DNA of 64,000 bases from Candidatus Buchananbacteria bacterium (GCA_903888345.1 CAISTG010000015.1:11474-75473), one strand, 5' to 3'; shown: positions 47,723-57,492, counted from the stretch's first letter. Notes: generated by a model not told the origin, from the letters alone. Numbers and translations: made by a program.

Positions 47723-49654
47723 TTAGAGCGCTGATTTTTGTTTGATCAGTTCGCTATGCTGTTTGATGATTTCACCGAAGGCTTGGGAGTCTCCGATTTT
47801 TTCGGCTCTTTGCATCTCGTTTTGCAAACGAGAAATTTCACGATTAAAATAATTACTTTTCAAGAGACGAATTAAATTATCTAATTCGTTCTTGGCATCT
47901 TTGGCTTCCAAGTCAAAAAAATCCTTTTGCGCCAAAAGATAGGACTGTTCTAAATATTTTACGGCATCAGGATTAGCGGCTTGAGTGACGACCATCATAT
48001 AGAATTGGTCGAATATATTTTGTTCTTCCCGCTCCGTGGCCGTGAGAGTGAACAGTTCATTGTTTCTAGTATAAAACAATATTAAATCTTTGTAAAGACC
48101 CTGAGCCAAATCATCGGCAATTACTTCCGGTGCCAGAATTTCCGGTAATTTTGGCAAAAATCCGGGCTGAATCCAAATAATGGCTAAAATTTGCCGAAAG
48201 ATGCGTAATTCTAGGCTCATAATGGTATTTGGGGACAAGACCGCGCTAGCAGGTTTTTGGGGCTCTACAGTGGCCTTGGACGGGGTCTTCAGAGTGCCTC
48301 CAAAACGCGAAATTAGCTCGCGCAAGGCCTCTTCCCTCACGCTCAGCCGATTAGCGATTTCATGAGTCCAATAGTCTTTTTCAATAGGATCATCAATTTT
48401 AGCAATCTTTTCGCAGAGGAATTTTGCGACTTGTTTTTTGGTGTCCAAGTCAGTAATATTTTTATCTTTAATTGATGAGTTCCAAAAATATTCTAACGCC
48501 GGTTGCGCCTCAGCGATCGCTTGTTTCCAGTCATCCGGATTATTCTTTAAGCACTCATCCGGGTCCTTGCCATTAGGAATCGAGATAATTTTTAAATTAA
48601 GATTATAACCTAAAGCGGGATCAATGAACTGGGAAGGTTTACCGAAACGATCAACGTTATTAATTACTCGTTCTTCCTTAACGATACTGGTCAGTAATTC
48701 ATCGCCACGGTTGGTGGCTTTTTGTCCAGCGGCGTCAGCGTCCAAGGCTAAAAAAATATTATTTGAGAAACGACGTAATAATTGTAATTGTTCTTTGGTT
48801 AAGGCGGTACCAGAGGAAGCGACGGTATTTTTGAAACCATGTTGATAACAACTAACGGCATCCATCTGTCCTTCGACCACTACCACAGCATCTTGTTTTC
48901 TAATTTCATTTTTGGCTTGCGCTAAAGCAAAGACGATTGCGCTTTTGTTATAAATATCGGTTTGCGGACTATTCACGTATTTCGCCGGCTCATCTTTATC
49001 CAGTGTTCGCCCAGTAAAACCGCAGACACGTCCATTATGATCAATAATCGGAAACATAATACGATTGCGGAAACGATCATAGTAACCACTCCCCCGTTCC
49101 TTCCTAATACAAAATCCGGCGGCAAATATTTCAGTGTCAGCAAAATTCTTTTTGCGCAAAAAATCAAACAGATTGCTCCAGTCATTAATCGCATAACCAA
49201 TCCGGAAAGTTTCAATCGTATCTTCCTGCAAACCACGATATTCCAAATACTCCCGCGCTTCTTGCGCCCGCGGTGATTGCAACAAAACCTGATGCCAATA
49301 CTTGGTCGTCATTTCACAAACGTCATACAAACGATTTTTTTTGTTATGCGCTTCCGGATTCTGTCGGGTTAAGGTAACGCCAGTTTTCTGAGCTAAGATT
49401 TTCAACGCTTCAGCAAATTCAATGTTTTCAATTTTCATTAAAAACTCAAAAGCATCGCCACCTTCGCCGCAACCAAAACAATGAAAACTACCGCGCGCCG
49501 GTGAAACAATCATTGACGGTGTCTTTTCATTATGAAAAGGGCAATTAGCTTTATAGGCACCCACACCCGCCGGAACCAATTTCAAATACTCGCCGATGAA
49601 ATCGACGATATCCAATTTATCCTTAATTTCTTGTATTTCCGGGGAAGAGGCCAT
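47723..49654 (-). CDS. dnaG: DNA primase
   Basis: CPFH.EKTPS, CFGC, DRFR.R.MFP, KY.NSP, VEG.MD, D.D.AG, KDPD. Confidence 0.97.
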   Translation of the reverse strand: MASSPEIQEIKDKLDIVDFIGEYLKLVPAGVGAYKANCPFHNEKTPSMIVSPARGSFHCFGCGEGGDAFEFLMKIENIEFAEALKILAQKTGVTLTRQNPEAHNKKNRLYDVCEMTTKYWHQVLLQSPRAQEAREYLEYRGLQEDTIETFRIGYAINDWSNLFDFLRKKNFADTEIFAAGFCIRKERGSGYYDRFRNRIMFPIIDHNGRVCGFTGRTLDKDEPAKYVNSPQTDIYNKSAIVFALAQAKNEIRKQDAVVVVEGQMDAVSCYQHGFKNTVASSGTALTKEQLQLLRRFSNNIFLALDADAAGQKATNRGDELLTSIVKEERVINNVDRFGKPSQFIDPALGYNLNLKIISIPNGKDPDECLKNNPDDWKQAIAEAQPALEYFWNSSIKDKNITDLDTKKQVAKFLCEKIAKIDDPIEKDYWTHEIANRLSVREEALRELISRFGGTLKTPSKATVEPQKPASAVLSPNTIMSLELRIFRQILAIIWIQPGFLPKLPEILAPEVIADDLAQGLYKDLILFYTRNNELFTLTATEREEQNIFDQFYMMVVTQAANPDAVKYLEQSYLLAQKDFFDLEAKDAKNELDNLIRLLKSNYFNREISRLQNEMQRAEKIGDSQAFGEIIKQHSELIKQKSAL

Positions 49655-49714
49655 GGGTTTTAATGCTTATGATTACTATTCAATAATACAACAAATCACC
49701 CCCAACCAGCAACG

Positions 49715-49743
49715 TTGACAAAATTTGCTAAAAATGATAATTT
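49715..49743 (+). promoter_or_regulatory. sigma70 promoter of the five-gene orphan cassette
   Basis: TTGACA-17-TAATTT with an upstream TG. Confidence 0.65.
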
Positions 49744-49794
49744 TCAGTATCGAAGTACCTTAACAATTGGCCACAAACAACAGGAGAACATGAC

Positions 49795-50040
49795 ATGAAC
49801 CATTTAACCGATGATTTGATCAGAGTTGCGACGCTAAAAATCGCCGCCCGCTACGTAATTGGAAAGCAGCGAACTCACGATTGTCTGTACCATGGACAGG
49901 GCCTCTTTGAGATTGGCGAATACTCAGTTCTAGCTGAAATTAAAGCAGCGGTTCAAGAAATTGATTACAAGCTAATTGTAACTTCAATGGTCTATTTACC
50001 CAACGGTAATTTGTTCGTTAATTTTGATCGCTTTATTTAA
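49795..50040 (+). CDS. Hypothetical protein (SD-led)
   Basis: CAGGAG SD. Confidence 0.7.
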   Translation: MNHLTDDLIRVATLKIAARYVIGKQRTHDCLYHGQGLFEIGEYSVLAEIKAAVQEIDYKLIVTSMVYLPNGNLFVNFDRFI

Positions 50041-50062
50041 TTAACACACAGGAGTACTGTCA

Positions 50063-50434
50063 GTGATTAAAGCCTCTGAACTCGACCTGCGCCTGGAACA
50101 GCATCGCCAAGAAATTCTCGCTCACTTCAATTCTGCCTTGATCCAACTGGTTACTAAATTTAATAGCAATCGGAATTTCCTAAGACTTTGGGAGAAACTT
50201 GACGACGCCACTTTCGAAAACTCGACCCCCTTCGCCGTCAATTCTGATTTTAAGATCTCACTCTTAGACATTATCAATCTGCCCGGTTACGAAAAGTTGC
50301 GCGAACTTTGCGCTGAGCGGAATTTCCGTTTGAAAATCGAACTCAAAAATGATCCCGTCATTAGCGAAGCGATCATTTGGCCGACACTTATGATTACGAT
50401 TACTAAAGTTCAACCTAGCGCTCACCCAGAGTGA
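50063..50434 (+). CDS. Hypothetical protein (SD-led, GTG start)
   Basis: CAGGAG SD. Confidence 0.7.
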   Translation: MIKASELDLRLEQHRQEILAHFNSALIQLVTKFNSNRNFLRLWEKLDDATFENSTPFAVNSDFKISLLDIINLPGYEKLRELCAERNFRLKIELKNDPVISEAIIWPTLMITITKVQPSAHPE

Positions 50435-50460
50435 GACCGAACAGAAAGGAAGCCGACATG
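50409..50460 (+). repeat. 52-bp direct repeat, copy 1 (gene leader)
   Basis: 49/52 identical to 51442-51493. Confidence 0.92.
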
Positions 50461-50892
50461 CCGAAACAATCAACTATCGGTGCCGCACTTAAGTCGCGAC
50501 ATGAAAATATTTTGAAAGCACGGGCGGCAGAAGAGGCAATCAGAAAAGATAATATTGCCAGACCATTTCGCCAACAAGCAGAAAAGATGGTCGACGAAAT
50601 TATGGCGTTCGCTAATAATTGCAGTTTGCCTGACGAACTCATACTTAAGAGAGAATGGGAAGTAGGCTATATAGACATTCAAAAAGAGTTTAAGGAAGTA
50701 ATCGAGCAAGAAATATACTCGGGGCGCTTAGTTCCTAGTAATCTAATCACCGAATTTTGTAAAAACATCTTCGAGAACTTTAAAACTCAAGGCGGAGGCA
50801 AAATTCTGACTGATTTTTGTACCAAGCAAGACCTGCCCCTAAACATTTCTTTAAATGCGGGCTGGACCATCTCCTGCACCATTACCTGGTAA
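50458..50892 (+). CDS. Hypothetical protein, paralogue of 51491-51928
   Basis: AAAGGA SD; shared LTDFC and TI(T/S)W. Confidence 0.75.
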   Translation: MPKQSTIGAALKSRHENILKARAAEEAIRKDNIARPFRQQAEKMVDEIMAFANNCSLPDELILKREWEVGYIDIQKEFKEVIEQEIYSGRLVPSNLITEFCKNIFENFKTQGGGKILTDFCTKQDLPLNISLNAGWTISCTITW

Positions 50893-50931
50893 ACGCTGAA
50901 CCATTCCAACCGAAACAAGGATCAGAAAATC

Positions 50932-51408
50932 GTGGGCAACCAACCGACTGAAGATACGCACCAACTACTGGAAAGATTACGTCAGAATTATGAAGATTAT
51001 CTGGCGGACTGTCGACGACAGAATGAAGTCATTCGCGAGGAAATGCAACAATTAATCTGTCTGACTTTTAACGAGCGGCTTAATAATCAATTCGCCCAAC
51101 TTACCAATCTGCGCTATTGGGCGCCACGCTTTGAATTGCAATCGGAAACAGCCAACCAATGCCCCATCTGCTCCATTGCTATTGACGGCATCAAACCTGA
51201 CCACGGCTGGGTCAACCATGCCTACTTTGCTGAAAAGGCAGCGGAAATGTCCGCCAACTATTCCACGATCAAATTTTATTGGGAGAGATTAGGATTCGAC
51301 GTCAAAATTCAACGCAATGAAAATAAAGAATTCAACGGAACGATTGTTTTGCAGATTGTTATCGGTTGGCTCGGAAATTCAAAACGCGGCCACCCACGCA
51401 GACAATAA
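50932..51408 (+). CDS. Hypothetical protein (SD-led, GTG start)
   Basis: AAGGA SD. Confidence 0.7.
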   Translation: MGNQPTEDTHQLLERLRQNYEDYLADCRRQNEVIREEMQQLICLTFNERLNNQFAQLTNLRYWAPRFELQSETANQCPICSIAIDGIKPDHGWVNHAYFAEKAAEMSANYSTIKFYWERLGFDVKIQRNENKEFNGTIVLQIVIGWLGNSKRGHPRRQ

Positions 51409-51441
51409 ATAGTGATCATTTGGCCAAACGATTAAATTACA

Positions 51442-51493
51442 TTCAACCTAGCACTCACCCAGAGTGAGACCGAGTAGAAAGGAAGCCGACATG
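51442..51493 (+). repeat. 52-bp direct repeat, copy 2 (gene leader)
   Basis: ttcaacctagcactcacccagagtgagaccgagtagaaaggaagccgacatg. Confidence 0.92.
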
Positions 51494-51928
51494 TCAAATC
51501 TAGGGGAGCTACTGCACCTCAAATATACTGAGGCAGTCGAGGCAAGAAAGATCAATGAGGAAAAGATCCGGCAACGGAAAACCTATCCTTTTTCTGATTA
51601 TCTTATTCAATTAATTACTACTTTGCCTGAGACACTGCTATCAGTTGCCGCAAGTGGGAGGAAATATTTCAAATTGGATTTAGCAAATGAATTCGCTAAA
51701 GAAATACAAGAAATTGAAGATGGTTACGGTTTTCGGCACAATCAGCCAGCAAAACAGATGATAGACAGCCTGTATAATGATTTAAAGTTTAATTTCGAAA
51801 AAAATTCTTTGGCACCACTAACTGATTTTTGCCAGGAAAACCAGCTAACACTTTGCCTTGCACTTAGTGGCTCAATAATATTCCTAACTATTAGTTGGGA
51901 AGAATGGCCACCGGCGCCAACTGAATGA
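51491..51928 (+). CDS. Hypothetical protein, paralogue of 50458-50892
   Basis: AAAGGA SD; LTDFC...TISW. Confidence 0.75.
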   Translation: MSNLGELLHLKYTEAVEARKINEEKIRQRKTYPFSDYLIQLITTLPETLLSVAASGRKYFKLDLANEFAKEIQEIEDGYGFRHNQPAKQMIDSLYNDLKFNFEKNSLAPLTDFCQENQLTLCLALSGSIIFLTISWEEWPPAPTE

Positions 51929-51946
51929 AAATATTGCACTTTCAAC

Positions 51947-51976
51947 AAGAGCCACTCTTACGAGCGGCTCTTTTTT
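51947..51976 (+). terminator. Terminator of the orphan cassette
   Basis: aagagcc.ctc/gag.ggctctt followed by a T-run. Confidence 0.7.
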
Positions 51977-51989
51977 AATTATTGAAATT

Positions 51990-52406
51990 TTAGTTCTTCC
52001 ACAGACCATGCAGATTGCAATAGGCGCGAGCGATAACTGCTTCAGCTTCTTCGGGAATTTCAAATTCCGTTTCTGGTAGATCTCCCGGATGAAAGAAATG
52101 CTTGTAGCTAATAGTATCTTCAGGAGCATTAGCGGTTTTTGGCAAGACTACCAACAACTCAACCCATTCGATATAGTGCGCCCCTTCCATCGGATGGGCG
52201 ACTGAACCGACTTTGACGGCCACCTTAGTGCCATCACGCTCCACTACCGGCACATGCTTTTCGGTTGCAGCGTCAGTGCTATTTTCAGTTTGTAATGCCA
52301 TTTCCTGGCCACAACAAACCAAAGTGCCACCACCAACATGGACCACTTCAACAATATTGCCACAGACTGAGCATTTATAAACTTCGTTTAAAGATGTAAC
52401 TGCCAT
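51990..52406 (-). CDS. dfx: Desulfoferrodoxin (2Fe superoxide reductase)
   Basis: C..CGN...CCG; EKHVP; HPM...HYI; YCNLHGLW. Confidence 0.95.
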   Translation of the reverse strand: MAVTSLNEVYKCSVCGNIVEVVHVGGGTLVCCGQEMALQTENSTDAATEKHVPVVERDGTKVAVKVGSVAHPMEGAHYIEWVELLVVLPKTANAPEDTISYKHFFHPGDLPETEFEIPEEAEAVIARAYCNLHGLWKN

Positions 52407-52418
52407 ATGTTTTTATTA

Positions 52419-52805
52419 CGTCATCCTGAGCTTGCGAAGGATCTCATTCTTTAACCACTAAAATTTTCAGATAAATCCTTCCAACCAGGATTAAAATTAT
52501 TAATTAAATCTACTTTCTTTTGCCTTATCCATCCCTTAATTTGCTTTTCTCTAATAAGCGAATCATTTATCGACTCACTATATTCATACCAAACTAATTT
52601 ATCCGCATTATACTTCCTAACAAATTGAGATATTCTTTGTTCTTTGGTTTTATATTCCCAAATTCTTCGCAATAAATCATTAGTAACTCCGATATACAGT
52701 ACCTTATTATATTTATTAGTAGTTATATAAACATAATAGTATTTTTCCGACATATGTAAAGTAACATGGGATTCTTCACTCCGTTAAACTTCGTTCAGGA
52801 TGACG
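52419..52805. mobile_element. CGTC-type palindromic element enclosing a GIY-YIG nuclease gene
   Basis: Outer IR cgtcatcctga (52419) / tcaggatgacg (52805); inner gaaggatctc / gggattcttc; sits between dfx and rbr. Confidence 0.72.
52451..52753 (-). CDS. GIY-YIG nuclease (small stand-alone family)
   Basis: YYVYI, LYIGVTNDL.RR, REKQIKGW.R.KK..LI...NP.W.DL. Confidence 0.93.
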   Translation of the reverse strand: MSEKYYYVYITTNKYNKVLYIGVTNDLLRRIWEYKTKEQRISQFVRKYNADKLVWYEYSESINDSLIREKQIKGWIRQKKVDLINNFNPGWKDLSENFSG

Positions 52806-52815
52806 CGGCGATTGA

Positions 52816-53400
52816 TTAGTAATTTTCAGATTTTATTTGAGAGAAAGCTTGAGCATGATTACAACTAGGACATTCTTGTAACGCTTCCTTACCAAAATGG
52901 ACATAACCACATTCACGGCAAACCCACCAAACCTCTTCTTCTTTTTTGAAAACAGTTCCAGCTTCAACTTCTTTTAGGATTTTCAAATAGCGTTCTTCAT
53001 GATGCTCTTCGGCTTTAGCAATTGATCTCAGGCGCGCCGCTAATTTTGGATAACCTTCCTCATCAGCCGTCGTTGCAAATTCCGGATACATCGTGACATG
53101 TTCGTAATTTTCACCGGCAATCGCTGCTTTTAAATTATCGGCTGTGGTGCCATAAGTAGTTGGTACTTCCGCTTCAATTTTAATTGCAGTCAAATCATCG
53201 GTTGACAATTTTTTGAGAGTTTGAATTTCTTCAAATAATTTAGCAGCATGTTCACGCTCCTGGTCCGCAGTCATTAAAAATATTTCAGCGATTTGCTCGA
53301 AGCCCTCTTTCTTGGCAACTTTGCTATACATCGTGTAACGATTACGCGCCTGCGATTCACCGACAAAGGCCTTACAAAGATTAGTAATAGTTTTGGTCAT
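52816..53400 (-). CDS. rbr: Rubrerythrin
   Basis: AF.GESQARNRY, EREHA, GE.YE...MYP, E..H; C-terminal CRECG...CPSC. Confidence 0.95.
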   Translation of the reverse strand: MTKTITNLCKAFVGESQARNRYTMYSKVAKKEGFEQIAEIFLMTADQEREHAAKLFEEIQTLKKLSTDDLTAIKIEAEVPTTYGTTADNLKAAIAGENYEHVTMYPEFATTADEEGYPKLAARLRSIAKAEEHHEERYLKILKEVEAGTVFKKEEEVWWVCRECGYVHFGKEALQECPSCNHAQAFSQIKSENY

Positions 53401-53468
53401 AAATTAATTTAATTTTATCCTCAGAATCAACCGCAATTGATGTCTGTGGTTCCACCTATTAAATAAGT

Positions 53469-53501
53469 GGATTCCCGTCCGCCGCGGCGGACTGGAATGA
53501 C
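53469..53501. repeat. REP-like hairpin containing a nested 16-bp palindrome
   Basis: ggattccc-gtccgccgcggcggac-tggaatgac. Confidence 0.7.
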
Positions 53502-53559
53502 GCTCGGTTATTTTTAGTTATCGTATTTTACCACACTACTGTTTATTTTGACAACTCCT

Positions 53560-55623
53560 CTAACGATCCCCTTTTACTGACTCAATTTCATCTAAAACCT
53601 CATCAGCGGGCGGGTTGGTTGCTAACGTTACCGAATTACTCGCAACTACTGGTGGCACATAATTTTCTTCTAAGACGCCGTCTTCGGTTTCAATTAATGG
53701 TTCGGGCTTAGGTAACAAGGAGGCCAAACTCATCGCTGGAGCTTTAATGGTTTCTTCTTTAATGGCCAGACCTTCCATCTGACGTACCTGCGGATCACGC
53801 TCCTCGGTTTTCTTGCGCCTCTCTTCACGAACTTTCTTAAAGCAATCATCACAATAAGTTGGACGGCCTAAATCTGGTTTGAATTTCAATTTAAAATCCT
53901 TATGGCACAATGTACAACTAGCCGCATACAATTCGGTGCTTAGTGGCTTGTCGCGACCAACTAACCGTGGTGGTTCTATTTTAACTGGCGTTGCAGCTAT
54001 CGGTCGTTCATTCGGACGATCCGAGCGCATCGATGCCGGACCACTAATGGGAGTACTCTGGCGTTCTTCGCGACGCGGCATTGGCCGATCGCTTCCGGAA
54101 CGCGTTTGATCGCGACGCGGATCTAATCGTGGTCGCTCCTCACGCGGTGGACGCTCGCTAAACTTCGGCTTCGGTGACAAAGTGCCCTGACCTAATTCTG
54201 ACAGACTAATGGTCGGACCAGCAGCATTTAGCGCTTCCTTCATTGGTACAATCTCACCTAATTGAAATTCTTCATTCGGACCAGGTTTACCTTCACTACT
54301 AGCGCTCGAAACCATACCCATCTTCGATGCCAAATCCATGCCACTCCAACGATTAATGCGCTCTTCCACTTCCGCGCGCGGATGCGAATAGCGTTCGCGT
54401 GAAACTTGAATAACTTTTTGAGTGCTATTGGTCCGATAATCGCCAAATAGCGGCGGTAAAGTGGCCGCCGAAAACGGATCAGAAGAAACACCATCAATCA
54501 TTAACTTTAAATAAATGGCGAAAGCTGGCAAATTAACTAAGTCCTCTTCCGTAAAAAATGGAGCGAATTCCAGAACTAATTTCTCAGCATCAGCAGCACC
54601 GACACGGAAACAAATCAGTGTACCGACGTTACCAAACACACCGGCCTGTACTGTCTCTGGCAATTGCTCGATATATTGGTGCGCCACCACTAAATTCAAA
54701 CGATATTTTCTAGCTTCAGACAAAATGTCGGCAAAAGAATCAGTCGCAAAATTCTGAAATTCGTCGACATACAGATAAAAATCTTTACGTTCGTTTTCTG
54801 GCATGTCCACGCGACTCATCGCCGCCATGTATAATTTTGTAACTATCATTGAGCCCAATAATTGCATCGTATCTTCACCAATACGACCCTTGGATAAATC
54901 CAAAATTAAGATTTTTTGGTTGTCCATGACGTCACGCAGGTCGATGGTTGATTTGACTTGGCCAATAATATTTCTAATCAAAAAGTTTGATAAAAACTGT
55001 CCAACTTTATTTTGAATAGGAGAAATAACTTCCTGCAACACGCGATCATTCCATTTCGTAAATTCATTAACCCAGAAACTGCGTACCACCGGATCCTTGA
55101 TTTTTTCGACTACCTTTTCGCGATAATCTTTCTCCACCAGAATTCTCATAACGCCCAACATAGTGGAACCAGGATAATCCAACAAAGCCATAATCGTGTT
55201 GCGCAAAATATATTCCAAACGTGGTCCCCAACTTTCAGCGAATTGCTTTTTGAAAATAGAAACAATGCCGGAAGCAATCAAATGCTTATGCGATTCTTCC
55301 ACCGATTCCATGATATTAAAAGCGATCGGAAACTGCGTATCCGCCGGTGAAAAGTAAATAACATCATTAATACGATTGCTCGGAATAAAATCCAGAATTT
55401 TCTGGGCCGTATCGCCATGAGGATCGATGTAACAACAACCCTCGCCATTGATAATATCGGAGATGATCAAATTTTCTAGTAAGGTCGTTTTACCCATACC
55501 GGTTTTACCGATAATGTACATATGTCGGCGACGATCATCGCGCTTAATACCAAAAGAGCGCGCTTCATTGCGATAATTAGTGGAACCAAAAATTGTAACG
55601 TCGTTTTTGTTGGCTTCAGCCAT
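53560..55623 (-). CDS. TraD/VirD4/HerA-like ATPase with CxxC-x17-CxxC domain
   Basis: DRRRHMYIIGKTGMGKTT, IDPHGD, YVDEFQNF, LSEARKY; CTLC...CDDC. Confidence 0.9.
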   Translation of the reverse strand: MAEANKNDVTIFGSTNYRNEARSFGIKRDDRRRHMYIIGKTGMGKTTLLENLIISDIINGEGCCYIDPHGDTAQKILDFIPSNRINDVIYFSPADTQFPIAFNIMESVEESHKHLIASGIVSIFKKQFAESWGPRLEYILRNTIMALLDYPGSTMLGVMRILVEKDYREKVVEKIKDPVVRSFWVNEFTKWNDRVLQEVISPIQNKVGQFLSNFLIRNIIGQVKSTIDLRDVMDNQKILILDLSKGRIGEDTMQLLGSMIVTKLYMAAMSRVDMPENERKDFYLYVDEFQNFATDSFADILSEARKYRLNLVVAHQYIEQLPETVQAGVFGNVGTLICFRVGAADAEKLVLEFAPFFTEEDLVNLPAFAIYLKLMIDGVSSDPFSAATLPPLFGDYRTNSTQKVIQVSRERYSHPRAEVEERINRWSGMDLASKMGMVSSASSEGKPGPNEEFQLGEIVPMKEALNAAGPTISLSELGQGTLSPKPKFSERPPREERPRLDPRRDQTRSGSDRPMPRREERQSTPISGPASMRSDRPNERPIAATPVKIEPPRLVGRDKPLSTELYAASCTLCHKDFKLKFKPDLGRPTYCDDCFKKVREERRKKTEERDPQVRQMEGLAIKEETIKAPAMSLASLLPKPEPLIETEDGVLEENYVPPVVASNSVTLATNPPADEVLDEIESVKGDR

Positions 55624-55634
55624 AAAATTAGTGT

Positions 55635-57341
55635 TTAAGCGAATGGTAAATTACTAGGCGGCGCACCTTTGCGTTCGGGCGCAATATTTGGACCGACTGC
55701 CGGTGGCACTGGTGCCAAACCCGGACCGGATGGTGTAATCGGTGTTACTGCCGGTATAGTGTAAGTGGGCACTTCGGGCTCACTTGGGCTAACCGAAGGC
55801 TGATGAATTGGCGCACCTGGTGCTTGAAAATTAGGGGCAGCTGGAGAAACTGGTGCTGTTCGCGGTGGATGTCGTTCTTCTTTTTTAACAGCCGGACCAA
55901 CACGATCCATATATGGCAAACGAGTAGGCGGTGCGGATTTCTTACTATCAATCTTACCGACTTGAACGGCTTTAACTGTCATTACTGGGAAGTGCCAGAG
56001 CGTTGCTAATTCTTCTGGATTTAATAAAGTTAATTTGGTCATCTCGTTGCTCTCGCCATACCAAGCGCTACGATTACAATACCAACGCAACAACCGCGTT
56101 TGTTTTTTGGCAATGCGTTGATTAACAAAAAAATAATCAGCCGAAGTTTTGGTATAACCATTAGGCTTAAAAGCATTGGCATCACTCGTATTGAATTGCT
56201 GGAAAGCACCAGACACACCAGTGACACCACGCCCTTTAGCAAAGACAGCATGCTTACCAATATAGAGCATACGGAATCTAACCTTAAATGCTTGCTTCGA
56301 TAATTTCTGCTCTACTCGCTCCAAAACACTACGCTCGCCCGGAGTAATTTTAAACATGCGCCACTGATCTTCTTCTTTTTTCTTATCAACAGCAGCCGCG
56401 CCCCACGGCGTTCCAGTGATTTCTCCTAATAACCCAGTGCCCCAAGCGGCCGCACCTTCCAAGGGAGCAGAAACGAACTTCGTCGGATCAAAAGATTCCG
56501 GTGCTTTATATTCACGACCCTGTAATTTCGAGACCACCTTTTTGGCTTCTTCACCCCAACCCGGTGGTTGTGGTTGAATAACCAATTGAATCCAAATTTG
56601 TTCACCTTCACCAATACGACTCATAATTTCCATCAAGTTAGCCATTGGGTCTAAGAAAGTCTGCGTTTGTTGATGTTCAAATTCTGGATAGGTCTTAATT
56701 GGATACGGATAAGTTTTAACTAAAACGAATTCCGAGCCCCACATATTATAAATCTTGTTCGGAAAGGGCAACTGTCTAAACGTTAACGGCTCACCCGTCT
56801 GTGGATTGGTTGCCTCGGAATCATAATCAACGTAGTCAGAAACCTCATTAATTTCGGCCTCTGGATACTGAGAATAAATTACTGATTCGATAAAATCACG
56901 AAATTGATTAGGTGTTCGAATCAAAAACCGCGTATGCCCCTCAATACTGACAATTTCAAATGAAAAACTTTCCGTTACTTTACCGCTCCAATATTTATCA
57001 ATCAAATTTGAAGACGTATAAACACCGGCTAAAGCCGCAAATAGATTTTCGACTGCTTTTGGGGTTTGCTCGTTATTCTTCGGAATATCTACCGCCAATA
57101 AGGTATGCTTCCATTTCCCCTGGAATTGACCAGCTCGATATTCCAGAAAAACAAATTGATACATGCCCCACAAATATAAAACAACTATAATCAACCAACC
57201 ACCGTGGCTAAATAATTGCCAAGCGATCGTTAAGGGGCTTTGGGTCGCAAAAATTAAAAAATAACCCCAAATTCCAGTGGCAGAAAAATAATTTCCGACA
57301 CTGCTTACAAGACCACCGAAGGGATCAAAAGTTGGATTCAT
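55635..57341 (-). CDS. Membrane protein partnering the ATPase, Pro-rich tail
   Basis: N-terminal TMs; FSFEIVS, YSQYP.AEI.EV.DY, YPIKTY, EELATLWHFP. Confidence 0.8.
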   Translation of the reverse strand: MNPTFDPFGGLVSSVGNYFSATGIWGYFLIFATQSPLTIAWQLFSHGGWLIIVVLYLWGMYQFVFLEYRAGQFQGKWKHTLLAVDIPKNNEQTPKAVENLFAALAGVYTSSNLIDKYWSGKVTESFSFEIVSIEGHTRFLIRTPNQFRDFIESVIYSQYPEAEINEVSDYVDYDSEATNPQTGEPLTFRQLPFPNKIYNMWGSEFVLVKTYPYPIKTYPEFEHQQTQTFLDPMANLMEIMSRIGEGEQIWIQLVIQPQPPGWGEEAKKVVSKLQGREYKAPESFDPTKFVSAPLEGAAAWGTGLLGEITGTPWGAAAVDKKKEEDQWRMFKITPGERSVLERVEQKLSKQAFKVRFRMLYIGKHAVFAKGRGVTGVSGAFQQFNTSDANAFKPNGYTKTSADYFFVNQRIAKKQTRLLRWYCNRSAWYGESNEMTKLTLLNPEELATLWHFPVMTVKAVQVGKIDSKKSAPPTRLPYMDRVGPAVKKEERHPPRTAPVSPAAPNFQAPGAPIHQPSVSPSEPEVPTYTIPAVTPITPSGPGLAPVPPAVGPNIAPERKGAPPSNLPFA

Positions 57342-57456
57342 AGGATTAACTGCAGGTACTAATTACTGCTTATATTATACCACGTTTGACGCGGCACTTC
57401 AAAATTATTAATAATGTGGATAAATTATCTTTAGCGCGATCAATTTTAAGTCAAAC

Positions 57457-57492
57457 AAAAAGCCTGCTAAAAAATATTTAGCAGGCTTTTTT
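57457..57492. terminator. Intrinsic terminator
   Basis: aaaaagcctgctaaa/tttagcaggcttttt. Confidence 0.8.

Noticed and set aside
49795-51976. Integron cassette array or prophage
   Set aside because: No attC-type RYYYAAC/GTTRRRY boxes with the required symmetry, no integrase, no phage structural genes
53560-57341. Conjugative element from the TraD-like ATPase
   Set aside because: No relaxase, VirB genes or integrase; this pair looks like the chromosomal ATPase module typical of CPR
30149-57423. DnaA boxes (TTATCCACA at 30149, TGTGGATAA at 57415) as an origin
   Set aside because: Isolated single boxes, no cluster, no dnaA or dnaN nearby
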